A stretch of 64,000 nucleotides of DNA from an uncultured Candidatus Saccharibacteria bacterium (GCA_965231045.1 OZ246406.1:250228-314227); one strand, 5' to 3'; counted from the stretch's first letter, positions 32,702 to 42,232 are shown. Made by a program: numbers and translations. The notes: generated by a model not told the origin, from the sequence alone.

Positions 32702-34005
32702 TTTTTACGATAATCCTTAATCATACTAACTATTCTCTCCAAGCTGTGTGATTCTTCATTACCTGTTTCCAGATTTTTAAGCTTGAATTGACCGTCTTCG
32801 AGCTCCTTATCGCCAATAATCAACACATAATGTATGCCTTTTTTGGCGGCACTTTTTAGCTGTTTGTCCATCTTACGACCAGTACTATCAACAGCTAGAT
32901 TAACTCCCATACCCCTAAGGTCACTTAATATCTTTTGTGATTTTTCAAACACATCACCTATAAGTGCTACGTATACATCGGTTTCGCTTCGTAGCTCGGG
33001 CATTAGCTGGTGTAGCTCCAAAAAGTTCTGGAAGGTCACATCACCCATACCAAAGCCAACTGACGCAACTGGCTCTACTCCAAATAGACCTACCAAGGCA
33101 TCATAACGACCACCACCAAACATTGAGCGATTGTTCTCGGGATGATTATCAAATACCTCGAAAACTAAGCCTGAATAATAGTCAAAGCCGCGCATTAAAC
33201 TAATATCAAATTCAATATTACTTATATGTGTCTGTTTAGCTAAATCTAATAGCTTTTGAACTTCTGCTAGAAGTTCTGGAGCAGCGATCTTGCCAGTTAG
33301 TTCTTTTAGACTCTTAATCTTTAATAGCTCGACGATTCTTTCAGTCAAGCCCGAATCACGTTGCGTTGGGGTCAAGACAGCGTCAATCTTGGATATAAAC
33401 TCTGAATGCTCGATTTTATGCATACGATCAACAAGCCTAATTAGAGTTTCGGTCTGTACATCATTAAGTGCAAAATGCTCGTCAAATAAATAGTTCATGA
33501 GCTTTCGGCTATTAACCTTTATGGTGTACATATCTCGTTTAGCACCAAAACTTTGCATAATTGCATCTGCCACTTGAATAGCTTCGAAATCAGCTTCAAT
33601 GCCCTCAACTCCAAACAAATCGACATTTAGCTGCCAGAACTCTCGCAGACGACCACGTTGTGGACGCTCATAACGCCAAAAGTTGGGTATTGCGTACCAA
33701 CGTGCCGGATAAGACAGTTCTTGACGTTTAGCGGCTACCATACGGCTGGCAGTGGGCGTCATTTCGGTACGAATAGTTACGCTCCGTCCGCCTCGGTCTT
33801 CGAATGTATAGGTTTGCTCACTAACTACTTCTTCACTCGTTTTAGCAGCATATAACTCAGTTGACTCAAGAATTGGTGCGTCGTACTCTTCATAGCCAAA
33901 ACTTTCGACAACTTCACGCCACTTACTAAACATCCACTTCTGAAAGCGTTTGTCGACCGGGTAAAAATCACGGGCACCTTTATATGGTTGTGTAGATAAA
34001 GCCAT
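32698..34005 (-). CDS. hisS: histidine--tRNA ligase
   Basis: KGARDF, RYERPQRGRLREFWQ, RGFDYYSG, GGGRYD. Confidence 0.98.
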   Translation of the reverse strand: MALSTQPYKGARDFYPVDKRFQKWMFSKWREVVESFGYEEYDAPILESTELYAAKTSEEVVSEQTYTFEDRGGRSVTIRTEMTPTASRMVAAKRQELSYPARWYAIPNFWRYERPQRGRLREFWQLNVDLFGVEGIEADFEAIQVADAIMQSFGAKRDMYTIKVNSRKLMNYLFDEHFALNDVQTETLIRLVDRMHKIEHSEFISKIDAVLTPTQRDSGLTERIVELLKIKSLKELTGKIAAPELLAEVQKLLDLAKQTHISNIEFDISLMRGFDYYSGLVFEVFDNHPENNRSMFGGGRYDALVGLFGVEPVASVGFGMGDVTFQNFLELHQLMPELRSETDVYVALIGDVFEKSQKILSDLRGMGVNLAVDSTGRKMDKQLKSAAKKGIHYVLIIGDKELEDGQFKLKNLETGNEESHSLERIVSMIKDYRKK

Positions 34006-34394
34006 TAGCTTAATTCTCCATCATCTGGCAGTTCAAAGCAAGACTCTGCTCCAGTGTGACAGGTTTGACCTTTGGCATCGACATCGTAAATAATAGTATC
34101 GCCATCACAATCAACATATATTCCCCTTATACACAACGTATCTCCACTAATTTCTCCTTTCGTCCATAACTCTGAACGTTTTCGGGAGAAAAACGTCGCT
34201 AGACCCGTTGCAATTGTCCATTCAACGGCACCAGGGGTAACAAACCCAACCATTCGTATTGCTGCTAAACCATCAGTTGCTAGACGAGCACTATCAACAG
34301 CTATTGCCGGTAGAACATTTTCGCCTGAAATTGGATCAATCAATTTTGAATAATCCAACTCCGCCGAATTTTCAAGTTTTCTTAAATTACTCAT
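34005..34394 (-). CDS. hisI: phosphoribosyl-AMP cyclohydrolase (HisI)
   Basis: FFSRKRSELWTKGEISG, DCDGD, CHTGAESCF. Confidence 0.88.
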   Translation of the reverse strand: MSNLRKLENSAELDYSKLIDPISGENVLPAIAVDSARLATDGLAAIRMVGFVTPGAVEWTIATGLATFFSRKRSELWTKGEISGDTLCIRGIYVDCDGDTIIYDVDAKGQTCHTGAESCFELPDDGELS

Positions 34395-34428
34395 TTCTTT
34401 TCCTTTCTTAAAAATACTACAAACTAAT

Positions 34429-34452
34429 AAAAACGCCGGAGTGATCCGGCGT
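34429..34452 (-). terminator. attenuator terminator upstream of hisI
   Basis: ACGCCGGA-TCAC-TCCGGCGT followed by a T tract on the minus strand. Confidence 0.8.
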
Positions 34453-34479
34453 ATGTTTGCATTTTAGGACAAAAGTAAA

Positions 34480-34536
34480 CTAACCGATCATCTCCGGCAA
34501 TGTATGAGTATGGAATTGATTAGTTTGATAAATCAT
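34480..34536 (-). CDS. putative His leader peptide MIYQTNQFHTHTLPEMIG
   Basis: Manual translation; TACAAT 6 nt upstream; two CAT His codons; 3' part complementary to the terminator. Confidence 0.65.
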   Translation of the reverse strand: MIYQTNQFHTHTLPEMIG

Positions 34537-34563
34537 AGATTTATTGTAATATATCATTCAAAT

Positions 34564-35883
34564 ATGTCAATTGAGAGAACCCCCGAGTTTAGAGATACCC
34601 ATGTTCTATATGTAGTTGATGGTTCTGCCAATAAATTTGGCGGCGTGGAAGATCATGTAAATACTATTGCCGGTTTTGGACGAGCCTACGGAATTGAGCC
34701 TCGAGTAATGGTAGGTGAAGGTAAAAACCCAAAAGAAATTTCTGAAACGTTATTAACTAGCTTTTTACCAAATGAAATTTTTGTTACTCGTTCAAGATTT
34801 AATGAAAGTGATGCTCCTGACTTAGTAGAAAGAGTAGCCCAAAACCTAACTGGTGCCCAAAACTATGTGGCACCTTGGGCTGGAAATGTCCAAAGAGCTG
34901 TAATCGAACGAATGCAGCCTGATATCGCTCACTTTATGTTACCCTGGCAGCCTCAACACGGTGGTCGCATTGATAAAATGACCCGTACTACTACAACACA
35001 CCGCGATTTTGCGCGTGTTGGTACATACCACATCGATTCTGATGATCCATGGGTAAATCGTTTAACACGAGCAACTGGCCATTTGGGTCGTAAAGGACTT
35101 TCGGGATTCGATAAAATGATTGCTGTCAGCCCCGTAGCATTAGATCACATGCACCGAACAGGTTTTTATAAGGGTGATGTAGAGATTGTGCCTAATCCAG
35201 TAGACGTCCACTGGTTTGCCGATGCCAAACCTTTTAATGATGATGAGGTGGTAGAGCGTGGTGGCCGTAAGGCTGATAAATATGTAGTGTTTGTTGGTCG
35301 TCCAGATGACCGCAAAGGCTTGTCTGAGCTAATAACTGCTTATTCGGAGTTAAATGACATGCTTTCTTCACAGTCCGATGTGGAGCTTATTATCTGTAGT
35401 GACGGCCCAAACCTAAAGCCAATTAAATATCAAACTCAATTGCTCGGTATAAAGAATGTATCGTTTGTTGGTAGAGTCTCCAACGAAGATAAAGCACGCT
35501 GGCTAAGCACCGCTGATCTAGCGGTGTTTCCGGCAAAATATGGCGAAACCCAAGGTATTGTTCTGGTCGAGGCGATGGCGGCTGGAGCTGGCGTTGTACT
35601 TGGAGGTAATAACAAAGGTTATAGATTCACTTTTGATGACCTAAGTGATTTAGACAAAGAACAGGTTTTGTTCAATGCCGACTTTGATGGAGCAGCAAGC
35701 CCAGCTGAGAGACAAAACAGAGTTTATAGACTAGTTGAAATGATGCATACCTATTTGGTTAACGAAAGTCTCGCAGATGAAATGCATGAAAAACAGCAAG
35801 AGTTAGTCAGACAGTTTGACGTAGGTGTCGTAGGGAAACGTATTCTCCAGATATACAAAGAAGTACTGTCAGGCAAAAAATAA
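34564..35883 (+). CDS. GT4 (GT-B) glycosyltransferase, PimA-like
   Basis: GGVEDHV, FVGRPDDRKGL, ETQGIVLVEAMAAG; start placed at 34564 (TATCAT 6 nt upstream). Confidence 0.85.
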   Translation: MSIERTPEFRDTHVLYVVDGSANKFGGVEDHVNTIAGFGRAYGIEPRVMVGEGKNPKEISETLLTSFLPNEIFVTRSRFNESDAPDLVERVAQNLTGAQNYVAPWAGNVQRAVIERMQPDIAHFMLPWQPQHGGRIDKMTRTTTTHRDFARVGTYHIDSDDPWVNRLTRATGHLGRKGLSGFDKMIAVSPVALDHMHRTGFYKGDVEIVPNPVDVHWFADAKPFNDDEVVERGGRKADKYVVFVGRPDDRKGLSELITAYSELNDMLSSQSDVELIICSDGPNLKPIKYQTQLLGIKNVSFVGRVSNEDKARWLSTADLAVFPAKYGETQGIVLVEAMAAGAGVVLGGNNKGYRFTFDDLSDLDKEQVLFNADFDGAASPAERQNRVYRLVEMMHTYLVNESLADEMHEKQQELVRQFDVGVVGKRILQIYKEVLSGKK

Positions 35884-35901
35884 AGCCCTGCATAAGGGCT
35901 T
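35883..35901. terminator. short hairpin terminator between the glycosyltransferase and tRNA-Leu
   Basis: AAGCCCT-GCATA-AGGGCTT; T-rich run downstream on the minus strand. Confidence 0.6.
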
Positions 35902-35902
35902 A

Positions 35903-35987
35903 TGGTGGGGATGAAAGGACTTGAACCTTCACGCCTTGCGGCACATGCTCCTAAGGCATGCGTGTCTACCAATTCCACCACATCCCC
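35903..35987 (-). tRNA. tRNA-Leu(TAG)
   Basis: GGGGATG acceptor, TGGTAGAC D-loop, CATGC-CTTAGGA-GCATG anticodon arm, long variable arm, GGTTCAAGTCC, encoded CCA. Confidence 0.97.
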
Positions 35988-36012
35988 GTGGTTGGTTAAC
36001 AACTAACAGATT

Positions 36013-36552
36013 TTACCCTGTTTTTTTGTAAAATGCCAGCATTGCATCGCCGTATTCACGTTCTTTGATACTAAGTAGATCAATGCTGTCAAACTTTGGT
36101 GGTTCACTACTCGTCGGCCAAGATAAAACCATTACACCATTTAAGCGAATATGACGGGTGAGTTTTTCAATTAATTCTCGCTTTAAATCATCGAATGGTG
36201 GGTTACAAAATACCAAATCAAACTGCATATCTGAATTATTGTCAGACCAGCTCGAAACATTGGCGCGAATAACTTTGGCTTTCCCTGTGAGACCCAGTTT
36301 TTTTAGGTTGCCTTCAATTGTTTGGTTAGCAGTTTTATCAACTTCAGTAATTACCGAGTTTTTTGCCCCACGACTTAGGGCTTCAATGCTCAGTGCACCA
36401 GTGCCACCAAAACAATCCAGAACTGTCAGCCCCTCAATATCACCAAGTGTGTTAAACAGTGCCCCCCGCATGCGTTCACTCATAGGATGAGTACGATGGG
36501 TCTTTGGCGGGTCAAACTGCCTCCCTCCCAGATATCCACTAATAACTCTCAT
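36013..36552 (-). CDS. rsmD: 16S rRNA m2G966 methyltransferase RsmD family
   Basis: MRVISG, RGALFN, LDCFGGTGALSIEALSRGA, NPPF. Confidence 0.9.
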   Translation of the reverse strand: MRVISGYLGGRQFDPPKTHRTHPMSERMRGALFNTLGDIEGLTVLDCFGGTGALSIEALSRGAKNSVITEVDKTANQTIEGNLKKLGLTGKAKVIRANVSSWSDNNSDMQFDLVFCNPPFDDLKRELIEKLTRHIRLNGVMVLSWPTSSEPPKFDSIDLLSIKEREYGDAMLAFYKKTG

Positions 36553-37364
36553 TACTTTTCCTTTACAAGACCGGCATCAACTAGAGCCGTGTACCATGTC
36601 AAACAGACAGTTTGCGCCATTGTTGGGCCTAATTTATGTCGAATATCAAATACCAGCTTTGTTGACCAACCGCGTCGTTTAAATCGCTCATATAGGTTAA
36701 GTGAGGCGATCTCACGAGCACTGCGTTTAAACCATTCTTTAGCACCTACTTCACGAATAAGCTTTAGTTCTCGCTCTTTAGGAATTGCTTCTGACATAGT
36801 CAAAGGAGCCAAAATAACAGATGCACCAACCTCAAAAAGTGCGTGTGTGCTGATTAAACCGCGGGCGCCCCAAACTTTCCAGCTTTTTTTCAAACGTTCT
36901 CTTGTTGTGCCTGCTGGCGGAAACCACTTTTGTATAACACTTCGCCTATCCTTGCCATCCCATAACTCATCTACTTCTTTCTCGTATGGATAGTGGTGAG
37001 CCGGCGTTAAGCCATCAACCAAGGCATGAGCAAGCCACGCAGCTTCAAATGCGGATCTTTCCTTGTTACCTGCCTTAAGTTCAGCAACCAACTGATCGTA
37101 GTGATCCTTAACAATGTTCATAAGCTCAGCGTCCTCATCATCAAACGGGCTGTAAAAGTGAAATGGCTCATCTTTGGCCGGACTTTTACGTTTAATAGCA
37201 TCTGGACCTTTACGACCCTCAAAATGTAGTATTTGTCTTATTGACGGGAATACGCTTGGATCAGGAATAACCTTTTCAAGGTGTGAATAAGCAACGCGGT
37301 CAATCTTCTGATGACCACCGAGAACTCGGCCTGAAAATCTGGTTAATGTTGTTCCTGAATACAT
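36552..37364 (-). CDS. hypothetical protein, Zn-dependent phospholipase C / P1-nuclease-like
   Basis: Spaced metal-ligand pattern: HQK, GPD, HF, AHALVDGLTPAHH, HALFE. Confidence 0.6.
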   Translation of the reverse strand: MYSGTTLTRFSGRVLGGHQKIDRVAYSHLEKVIPDPSVFPSIRQILHFEGRKGPDAIKRKSPAKDEPFHFYSPFDDEDAELMNIVKDHYDQLVAELKAGNKERSAFEAAWLAHALVDGLTPAHHYPYEKEVDELWDGKDRRSVIQKWFPPAGTTRERLKKSWKVWGARGLISTHALFEVGASVILAPLTMSEAIPKERELKLIREVGAKEWFKRSAREIASLNLYERFKRRGWSTKLVFDIRHKLGPTMAQTVCLTWYTALVDAGLVKEK

Positions 37365-37471
37365 AGTTACGGCTTTGCCTTATGAGACAAACCAAATGGT
37401 TTTTCTCATCACGCAGGGCATGGAATGAATCCATTGCTCTGGCTGCTCTTTTCTTTTTAACATAATATTTC

Positions 37472-39502
37472 TTAATTCAAATGAACGATGGCTCTTAAGC
37501 GATTTACGCGTTCATGTAACTCTGGGTATTGTAACAGATCTGGGCCAGTGCTCATATACTCCTTGGCTGCCTCTCGAGCCGCTGTAATTAGCTTTACATC
37601 TGTTAATTTAGCAATGCGAAGATCTAGCGCACCATGCTGTAAGGTTCCAAAAAGTGCTCCTGGACCGCGCAGCTCTAAGTCTAGTTCAGCAAGACGAAAA
37701 CCGTCTTGTGTTGATTCAATAGCTTTAAGTCGTTTTGATGGCGCACTATTGTCACTAAGTAGCAGATAGCAGTATCCTTGGTGTTCACTTCTACCAACAC
37801 GTCCTCGCAACTGATGAATCTGAGCCAGACCAAATCGCTCAGGACCTTCAATCAGCATCACGGTGGCATTCGGCACATCGACACCAACCTCAATAACTGT
37901 TGTTGAAACCAAAATATCAGTTTTGTGATCTATAAAGCGTTGCATGATGTTTTGTTTTTCGTCGGCTTTCATTTTGCCATGTAACAACTCAATACTACGG
38001 TGTGGAAATGCCTTTTTCATCTCCTCAAAAATTTCTTTAGTTGATTTAGCTTGGATTGCTTCAGACGCTTCGATCAAAGGGCTAACTACAAAGGCCTGTC
38101 GCCCCTTGGCTAGCTCTTCATCCATAGTTTTATAAAGTTTTTGTCTGTCAGCGGCGCGAATTATTTGAGTTTTTGTAGGTTTTCGATTCTGTGGCTTGCT
38201 AGGCAGTACAGATATATCAAGCTCACCATATAGCGTCAAAGCCAGACTTCGCGGGATTGGTGTAGCCGTCATACTTAACACGTGTGGCATATGACCGGCC
38301 TTGGCAATTAAGGTTTTGCGTTGATCGGCCCCAAACCGATGTTGCTCATCTATAATCACTACACCAAGATTCTTCATTGATATTTTTTCTTGGATCAAGG
38401 CATGTGTACCTACTAGTAACTTGGCGTTACCGGATTTTGCATGGGTATGGGCTTTTTGTTTCTGCGAGGGTTTCATTCCGCCAACAATTAGGCTCACTTC
38501 ATCTTGATAACCAAGTGGCAACAATAGTTTGTGTAGTGTTTCGGCATGCTGTCTAGCTAGCAACTCTGTCGGAGCCATAAACGCTACTTGAAAGCCTTCC
38601 TTCATCGCCATTACTGCGGTCATGGCTGCTACGACTGTTTTTCCTGAACCTACGTCACCTTCCACCAGCCGGTTCATAGGATGTTTCTTAGTCATATCCT
38701 GATAAATTTGCCATGCCGAACGCCTCTGACCATCAGTAAGAGTGAATGGTAGATGCTTAACAAAGTCTTTAGCCAATTTCTCATCAAAAGGTATTGATAA
38801 TGACGTCTCCTGAGCCACCTCCCTTTTATTAAGTAGGCTTGCCATAACCAGTCCAAATACTTCTTCAAATCCTAATCGAAATCGAGCATCGGCAAGCGAT
38901 TGTTCACCACTCGGAAAGTGGACCTCGTGCACAGCCGTTGAATAGTTTGTGAGTTTATACTTTTTTATGACGGACTCTGGCAGGTTATCCTGAAGACTCA
39001 CGCTACTAAGAACACTTTTTAAAATTTTCCGAATCATTTGAGATGTTAATCCCTTTGTAAGGCGATAGACCGGTACAATTCGTGCCGTATTTACTGGGAA
39101 GCTACTAACCATCTCTACGGATGGATTGGTTATAGACATCCTACGAGCCTTTAGCCCGAAATCACCTGACACAAAGTAACTAACATCTTTTTTTAAGGAA
39201 TTCGCACGATAGGGTTGATTAAACCAGGCTAGTCTAACACTACCAGTGTCGTCGCTGAGTATAGCTTCGGTTATATGCAAGCCACCTCTTATATATCGAC
39301 CTTTAGCCTGCTTAATAACACCTTGGACAGTAACAGTTCCGGGTTGTAACCTATCGATCTGAACGACATTAGAATAGTCATCATAACTTCTGGGATAATA
39401 ATGTATTAGGTCATTGACACTTAATACCCCAACATTAGCAAATTTCTTTGCCAACTCAATGCCTACTCCTTTTACAGAAGTTAGTGAATCGCTCAGCTCC
39501 AT
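37472..39502 (-). CDS. recG: ATP-dependent DNA helicase RecG
   Basis: GDVGSGKT, DEQHRFG, MTATPIPRSL, QLRGRVGR, DLELRGPG. Confidence 0.98.
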   Translation of the reverse strand: MELSDSLTSVKGVGIELAKKFANVGVLSVNDLIHYYPRSYDDYSNVVQIDRLQPGTVTVQGVIKQAKGRYIRGGLHITEAILSDDTGSVRLAWFNQPYRANSLKKDVSYFVSGDFGLKARRMSITNPSVEMVSSFPVNTARIVPVYRLTKGLTSQMIRKILKSVLSSVSLQDNLPESVIKKYKLTNYSTAVHEVHFPSGEQSLADARFRLGFEEVFGLVMASLLNKREVAQETSLSIPFDEKLAKDFVKHLPFTLTDGQRRSAWQIYQDMTKKHPMNRLVEGDVGSGKTVVAAMTAVMAMKEGFQVAFMAPTELLARQHAETLHKLLLPLGYQDEVSLIVGGMKPSQKQKAHTHAKSGNAKLLVGTHALIQEKISMKNLGVVIIDEQHRFGADQRKTLIAKAGHMPHVLSMTATPIPRSLALTLYGELDISVLPSKPQNRKPTKTQIIRAADRQKLYKTMDEELAKGRQAFVVSPLIEASEAIQAKSTKEIFEEMKKAFPHRSIELLHGKMKADEKQNIMQRFIDHKTDILVSTTVIEVGVDVPNATVMLIEGPERFGLAQIHQLRGRVGRSEHQGYCYLLLSDNSAPSKRLKAIESTQDGFRLAELDLELRGPGALFGTLQHGALDLRIAKLTDVKLITAAREAAKEYMSTGPDLLQYPELHERVNRLRAIVHLN

Positions 39503-39530
39503 ACTCGTTTAGTATAAAGCCTTTGATTAC

Positions 39531-40124
39531 TTACTGTGAAACACTTGTAGTGAGAGTAATATAAGTTTTCTCGGTTGTTTCGTTCTTTTGGTTACTTATT
39601 GACAGTACCAATGTGCGATTGTCTTTCTTGTAGTCCATAATATTGCCGTCTTGATATGAGCTTTCATGAACGTTTGTCCATCCACCACTAGCAAGTTGGT
39701 CGCGATAGTAATTGGTAACTTTATCTACAGAATCGTTTGTCTTGGCACTAGCTGAGTAGCTATTATCGCCCGTCTTACTTGAAGCAACCAGTGTTGATGG
39801 CTTATATATAGGCACATCAGTTGGGAAACCGGCTTGTAATTTTGCCCCTGTACCGTAAGTCGCTGAAGTTTGGCCATCATTAGTCTTCACTGTAACCGTT
39901 CCACCATCACCATTTCCGTTTACCTTAACGTTTTTTGCGGCATGATTAAAAATGCTGCCGACAAATACAGTCATAGCAATAGTCGCAAGGATACCAAGCC
40001 CTACAAGAACTCCAACAATAATTAGAGCGATTTTTAGACCACTGTCCATTTTCTTCTTTGGGGCAGCTGGCGTAGAAGCAGGCCCTGCTGGTGTTGGTGT
40101 TTCGTGTTTTGGTGTATCAGCCAT
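39531..40124 (-). CDS. hypothetical single-pass membrane protein
   Basis: Pro-rich N-terminus, one TM, FPTDVPIY...Y..QL..GW extracellular domain; GAGGAG SD. Confidence 0.75.
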   Translation of the reverse strand: MADTPKHETPTPAGPASTPAAPKKKMDSGLKIALIIVGVLVGLGILATIAMTVFVGSIFNHAAKNVKVNGNGDGGTVTVKTNDGQTSATYGTGAKLQAGFPTDVPIYKPSTLVASSKTGDNSYSASAKTNDSVDKVTNYYRDQLASGGWTNVHESSYQDGNIMDYKKDNRTLVLSISNQKNETTEKTYITLTTSVSQ

Positions 40125-40178
40125 AAATTACTCCTCTTTATAGGAGACATAATAACACTTTTACAAGCTGGTTGTTAG

Positions 40179-40955
40179 CTATTTGGCTTTTTTTACAAGC
40201 ATCCAAACGCTAGGGCCAAAAAATGTCCTTCCTAACGGTGCCTGCATAACTTTCTCGGCTGCTAGCATTACGCTCTTGGGTACAACTTTTTTGAGGGTTG
40301 GTGAGCGAAGGTTAGAAACTGAAAGAATCTTCTCAGCTTTAAGACCGGCATGATTGAGCTGCTTCATAACAGTTTTAGGGTTATGATTCACGAATGCAAT
40401 CTCATCATCTCGCTTATTTTTCTTGCTCCGAATATCAACTGGATCAGCCGGAAGTCGTTTACCTCTAATGAAATGTTTAAAACGATTGCGGATATGATCG
40501 TAGTTAGCAATTTCCAAGATAAAAATACCGTCATCACTTAATGTGCGTGCGATTTCCTTAAACTCTGGGCTCGGGTCTGGCAAGTGATGCATAACTCTAA
40601 CCATCGTAATCAGATCAAGTTCTTTATCTTTAAAGTCAAGAGCGTCAGCTTGTGTAAGTTTACGGTCGATTTCTTTATGATCTTTTAGGAAATCTTTGGC
40701 AATGTCTAACTGTTGTTGGCTTGGCTCGGCCAAAGTGACTTTATCGGCATAATTTTCTAGAAATATACATAGTCGTCCATAACCACCGCCGATGTCCGCC
40801 GCATGTCGGAAATGCTTACCTTTTAGTAACTTCTTGATGGCAATTCTTTCGGCACCGTCTTCGTAATCACGACCTTCCCAGTAATGGAGATAGTTGTGTT
40901 TAGGATCGTTATATTGGTCGGCTTTTTTCTTGGAATTAGTAGTTTTTTGATTCAT
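40179..40955 (-). CDS. class I SAM-dependent methyltransferase
   Basis: ADIGGGYGRL, VRVMHHLPDP; start 40955 has TGG-TATACT 9 nt upstream. Confidence 0.88.
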   Translation of the reverse strand: MNQKTTNSKKKADQYNDPKHNYLHYWEGRDYEDGAERIAIKKLLKGKHFRHAADIGGGYGRLCIFLENYADKVTLAEPSQQQLDIAKDFLKDHKEIDRKLTQADALDFKDKELDLITMVRVMHHLPDPSPEFKEIARTLSDDGIFILEIANYDHIRNRFKHFIRGKRLPADPVDIRSKKNKRDDEIAFVNHNPKTVMKQLNHAGLKAEKILSVSNLRSPTLKKVVPKSVMLAAEKVMQAPLGRTFFGPSVWMLVKKAK

Positions 40956-40984
40956 AACTTGAACAGTATACCACGTGGGCAATA

Positions 40985-42232
40985 TTAGTTAATTTCTATT
41001 ACTGCGAAGTTGTTTTTACCCCGCTTAATCAAACCGTTGTGGCCAACTAATCGATCATCGATTGTTAGTTGATATTTCTCGTCTACTTGTTGGCCATTAA
41101 TATAAACCGACTTTTGTTGCAAAAAGCGACGTGCCTCGCTGTTGGAGGCCGCTAAACCAGCCTCAACCAATGCTGTTATAAGTTCATGGGCAACTTTTGC
41201 CTTAACGCAGGGTAATTCAGCTTTTAAGATGGCAAAATCATCGGGCTTTAATGCTGTATAGTCACCCTTACCAAATAAAGTTTCGCTTACCCGTTTAACA
41301 GAATCAGCTTGTTTCTCACCATGAACTAGCTTGGTTACTTCATATGCCAATGTCTTTTGGGCGCTTCGGGATGCTTTATCCTTATTGAAGTCGGTCATAA
41401 GTTTTTCAACTTCTGGCTTTGTAAGTTCTGTATATATCTTTATGTAATCTTCTACACCATCATCATCAACGTTTAGCCAAAATTGGTAAAACTTAAATAC
41501 ACTAGTTTGCTCAGGATCAAGCCAAACTGCACCTTCTTCACTCTTGCCAAACTTTTTACCAGTAGCCTTATTAATAATGAGCGGGGCTGTCCAAATATGA
41601 GCTTCTTTCCCTGTTTTGCGACGTATTAAGTCAACACCTGCGATGCTATTTCCCCATTGATCAGCGCCACTTAACTGCAAAGATACATCATGTTTTTCAA
41701 ATAAATGCAGAAAGTCATAACCCTGAATTAATGAGTAGCTGAATTCAGCATAACTAATACCGGCACCGCCTTCACCAAGTCTGGACTGGACAAAATCACG
41801 AGCAATCATCTGACGCAGTGGTACATGCTTACCAATTTCTCGCAAGAATTCTAGGTATCCCATATCCTTAAACCAGTCATAGTTATCAACAACCTTAAAG
41901 TCTTCGCCCTTAAATATTTGTTTGTATTGCTGAACAATTGCTGCCTTATTTTTGGATATTTCTTCGGGAGTTTTTAGGTCTCTTTCTTGAGCTTTGCCAT
42001 CTGGGTCACCAATTAGCCCTGTTGCACCCCCAACCAATAAAACAGGCTTATAGCCATGTTTTATAAAAACCCTGACCATCATAGCAGCGGCTAGGTTTCC
42101 GACTTGCATAGATGATGCACTGGGGTCAACACCCCAATAAAATCTCAGCTTATTCTCATCTAACTGCGCTATTTTGGTAAATGTGGTCTGGTTTACAAAG
42201 CCACGCCAGGTAAGTTCTTCTGAAAGTTTCAT
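40985..42232 (-). CDS. tyrS: tyrosine--tRNA ligase
   Basis: YWGVDPSASSMQVGN (HIGH variant), QGYDF, GADQWGN, KFGKS, S4 domain. Confidence 0.97.
   Translation of the reverse strand: MKLSEELTWRGFVNQTTFTKIAQLDENKLRFYWGVDPSASSMQVGNLAAAMMVRVFIKHGYKPVLLVGGATGLIGDPDGKAQERDLKTPEEISKNKAAIVQQYKQIFKGEDFKVVDNYDWFKDMGYLEFLREIGKHVPLRQMIARDFVQSRLGEGGAGISYAEFSYSLIQGYDFLHLFEKHDVSLQLSGADQWGNSIAGVDLIRRKTGKEAHIWTAPLIINKATGKKFGKSEEGAVWLDPEQTSVFKFYQFWLNVDDDGVEDYIKIYTELTKPEVEKLMTDFNKDKASRSAQKTLAYEVTKLVHGEKQADSVKRVSETLFGKGDYTALKPDDFAILKAELPCVKAKVAHELITALVEAGLAASNSEARRFLQQKSVYINGQQVDEKYQLTIDDRLVGHNGLIKRGKNNFAVIEIN

Noticed and set aside
34005-35903. tRNA-Leu-anchored genomic island
   Set aside because: No integrase and no duplicated tRNA 3' end (att) seen
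35751-36002. 83-aa ORF in the track
   Set aside because: It is a translation of the tRNA-Leu gene and the antisense of the glycosyltransferase end
37380-37415. Hammerhead-like TGATGAG...CTC on the minus strand
   Set aside because: Core CUGAUGA and GAAA are not matched (GUGAUGA, AUAA)
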